Source of the DNA: Orbicella franksi | Lineage: Eukaryota | Assembly (NCBI GenBank): GCA_964199315.1 | Contig: OZ116699.1 | Location: 30,566,001 to 30,630,000 of the forward strand | Reading direction: 5' to 3' | DNA: 64,000 nucleotides | Shown here: positions 63,761-64,000 of the stretch, in pieces | How the letters are laid out: each line of letters begins with the position of its first letter | How positions within the stretch are numbered: position 1 is the stretch's first letter | Notes under the pieces: model-generated | The model's input: the letters and a program-made list of their open reading frames with translations, nothing else | Told to the model about the DNA's origin: nothing | Database searches by the model: none | Translations under genes and position numbers: made by a program

Positions 63761-64000
63761 CTGAAGATGAACACAAAAAACATCCCCTTATTGCTCGGCA
63801 TTGATGACCTTTGATGCTGACTTCGTTCTCGTTTTCTGCTTCTCGGACGCAAAACTTGACCAACATGTAGCCAACTTGGCTGATATTTGTTCAATTACCC
63901 ATTATCGTATTCCGTGTGCTGTACAAGTGTTTAAAGTGTTTAACACTGTACTTTTAAATCGCAACAGCATCAAGAAACATAATGGCTTAAAACAACTGAA

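Overview
Intron-rich, AT-rich eukaryotic (metazoan) DNA. The gene set and repeat types suggest a cnidarian, probably a stony coral (inference). Four host genes were reconstructed by hand from GT-AG exons: (1) most of COPS4 (+, to 5261; the 5' end lies before the window); (2) an AHR-family bHLH-PAS gene (+, 13828-33466, 747 aa) with bHLH and PAS-A but no recognisable PAS-B, plus a candidate alternative first exon at 7821-7921; (3) a secreted histidine acid phosphatase with a C-terminal WSC-like module (+, 43475-54655; its promoter and signal-peptide exon are tandemly duplicated); (4) a convergent paralog of that phosphatase (-, 57228-63760; exons 1-4 lie beyond the window). Three young transposons with open reading frames sit in introns: a 5'-truncated RTE LINE with a 13-bp TSD, a full-length Sola1-type DNA transposon (54-bp perfect TIRs, ATTT TSD, 648-aa transposase) and a spliced Crypton-type tyrosine-recombinase (YR) element. 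The most striking unexplained structure is at 49.7-52.9 kb. The YR element is nested inside a non-coding element and lies next to a third one. All three share a polar design: an ATTGG-type motif at one end and a 105-210-bp imperfect hairpin at the other. The hairpin is capped by a GC-GNA-GC-type triloop (degenerate in one copy), always on the strand opposite the element's orientation. There are also many MITE/SINE remnants. No rRNA, tRNA gene or CRISPR array was found. All coordinates were counted by eye, so boundaries of degenerate repeats are approximate.
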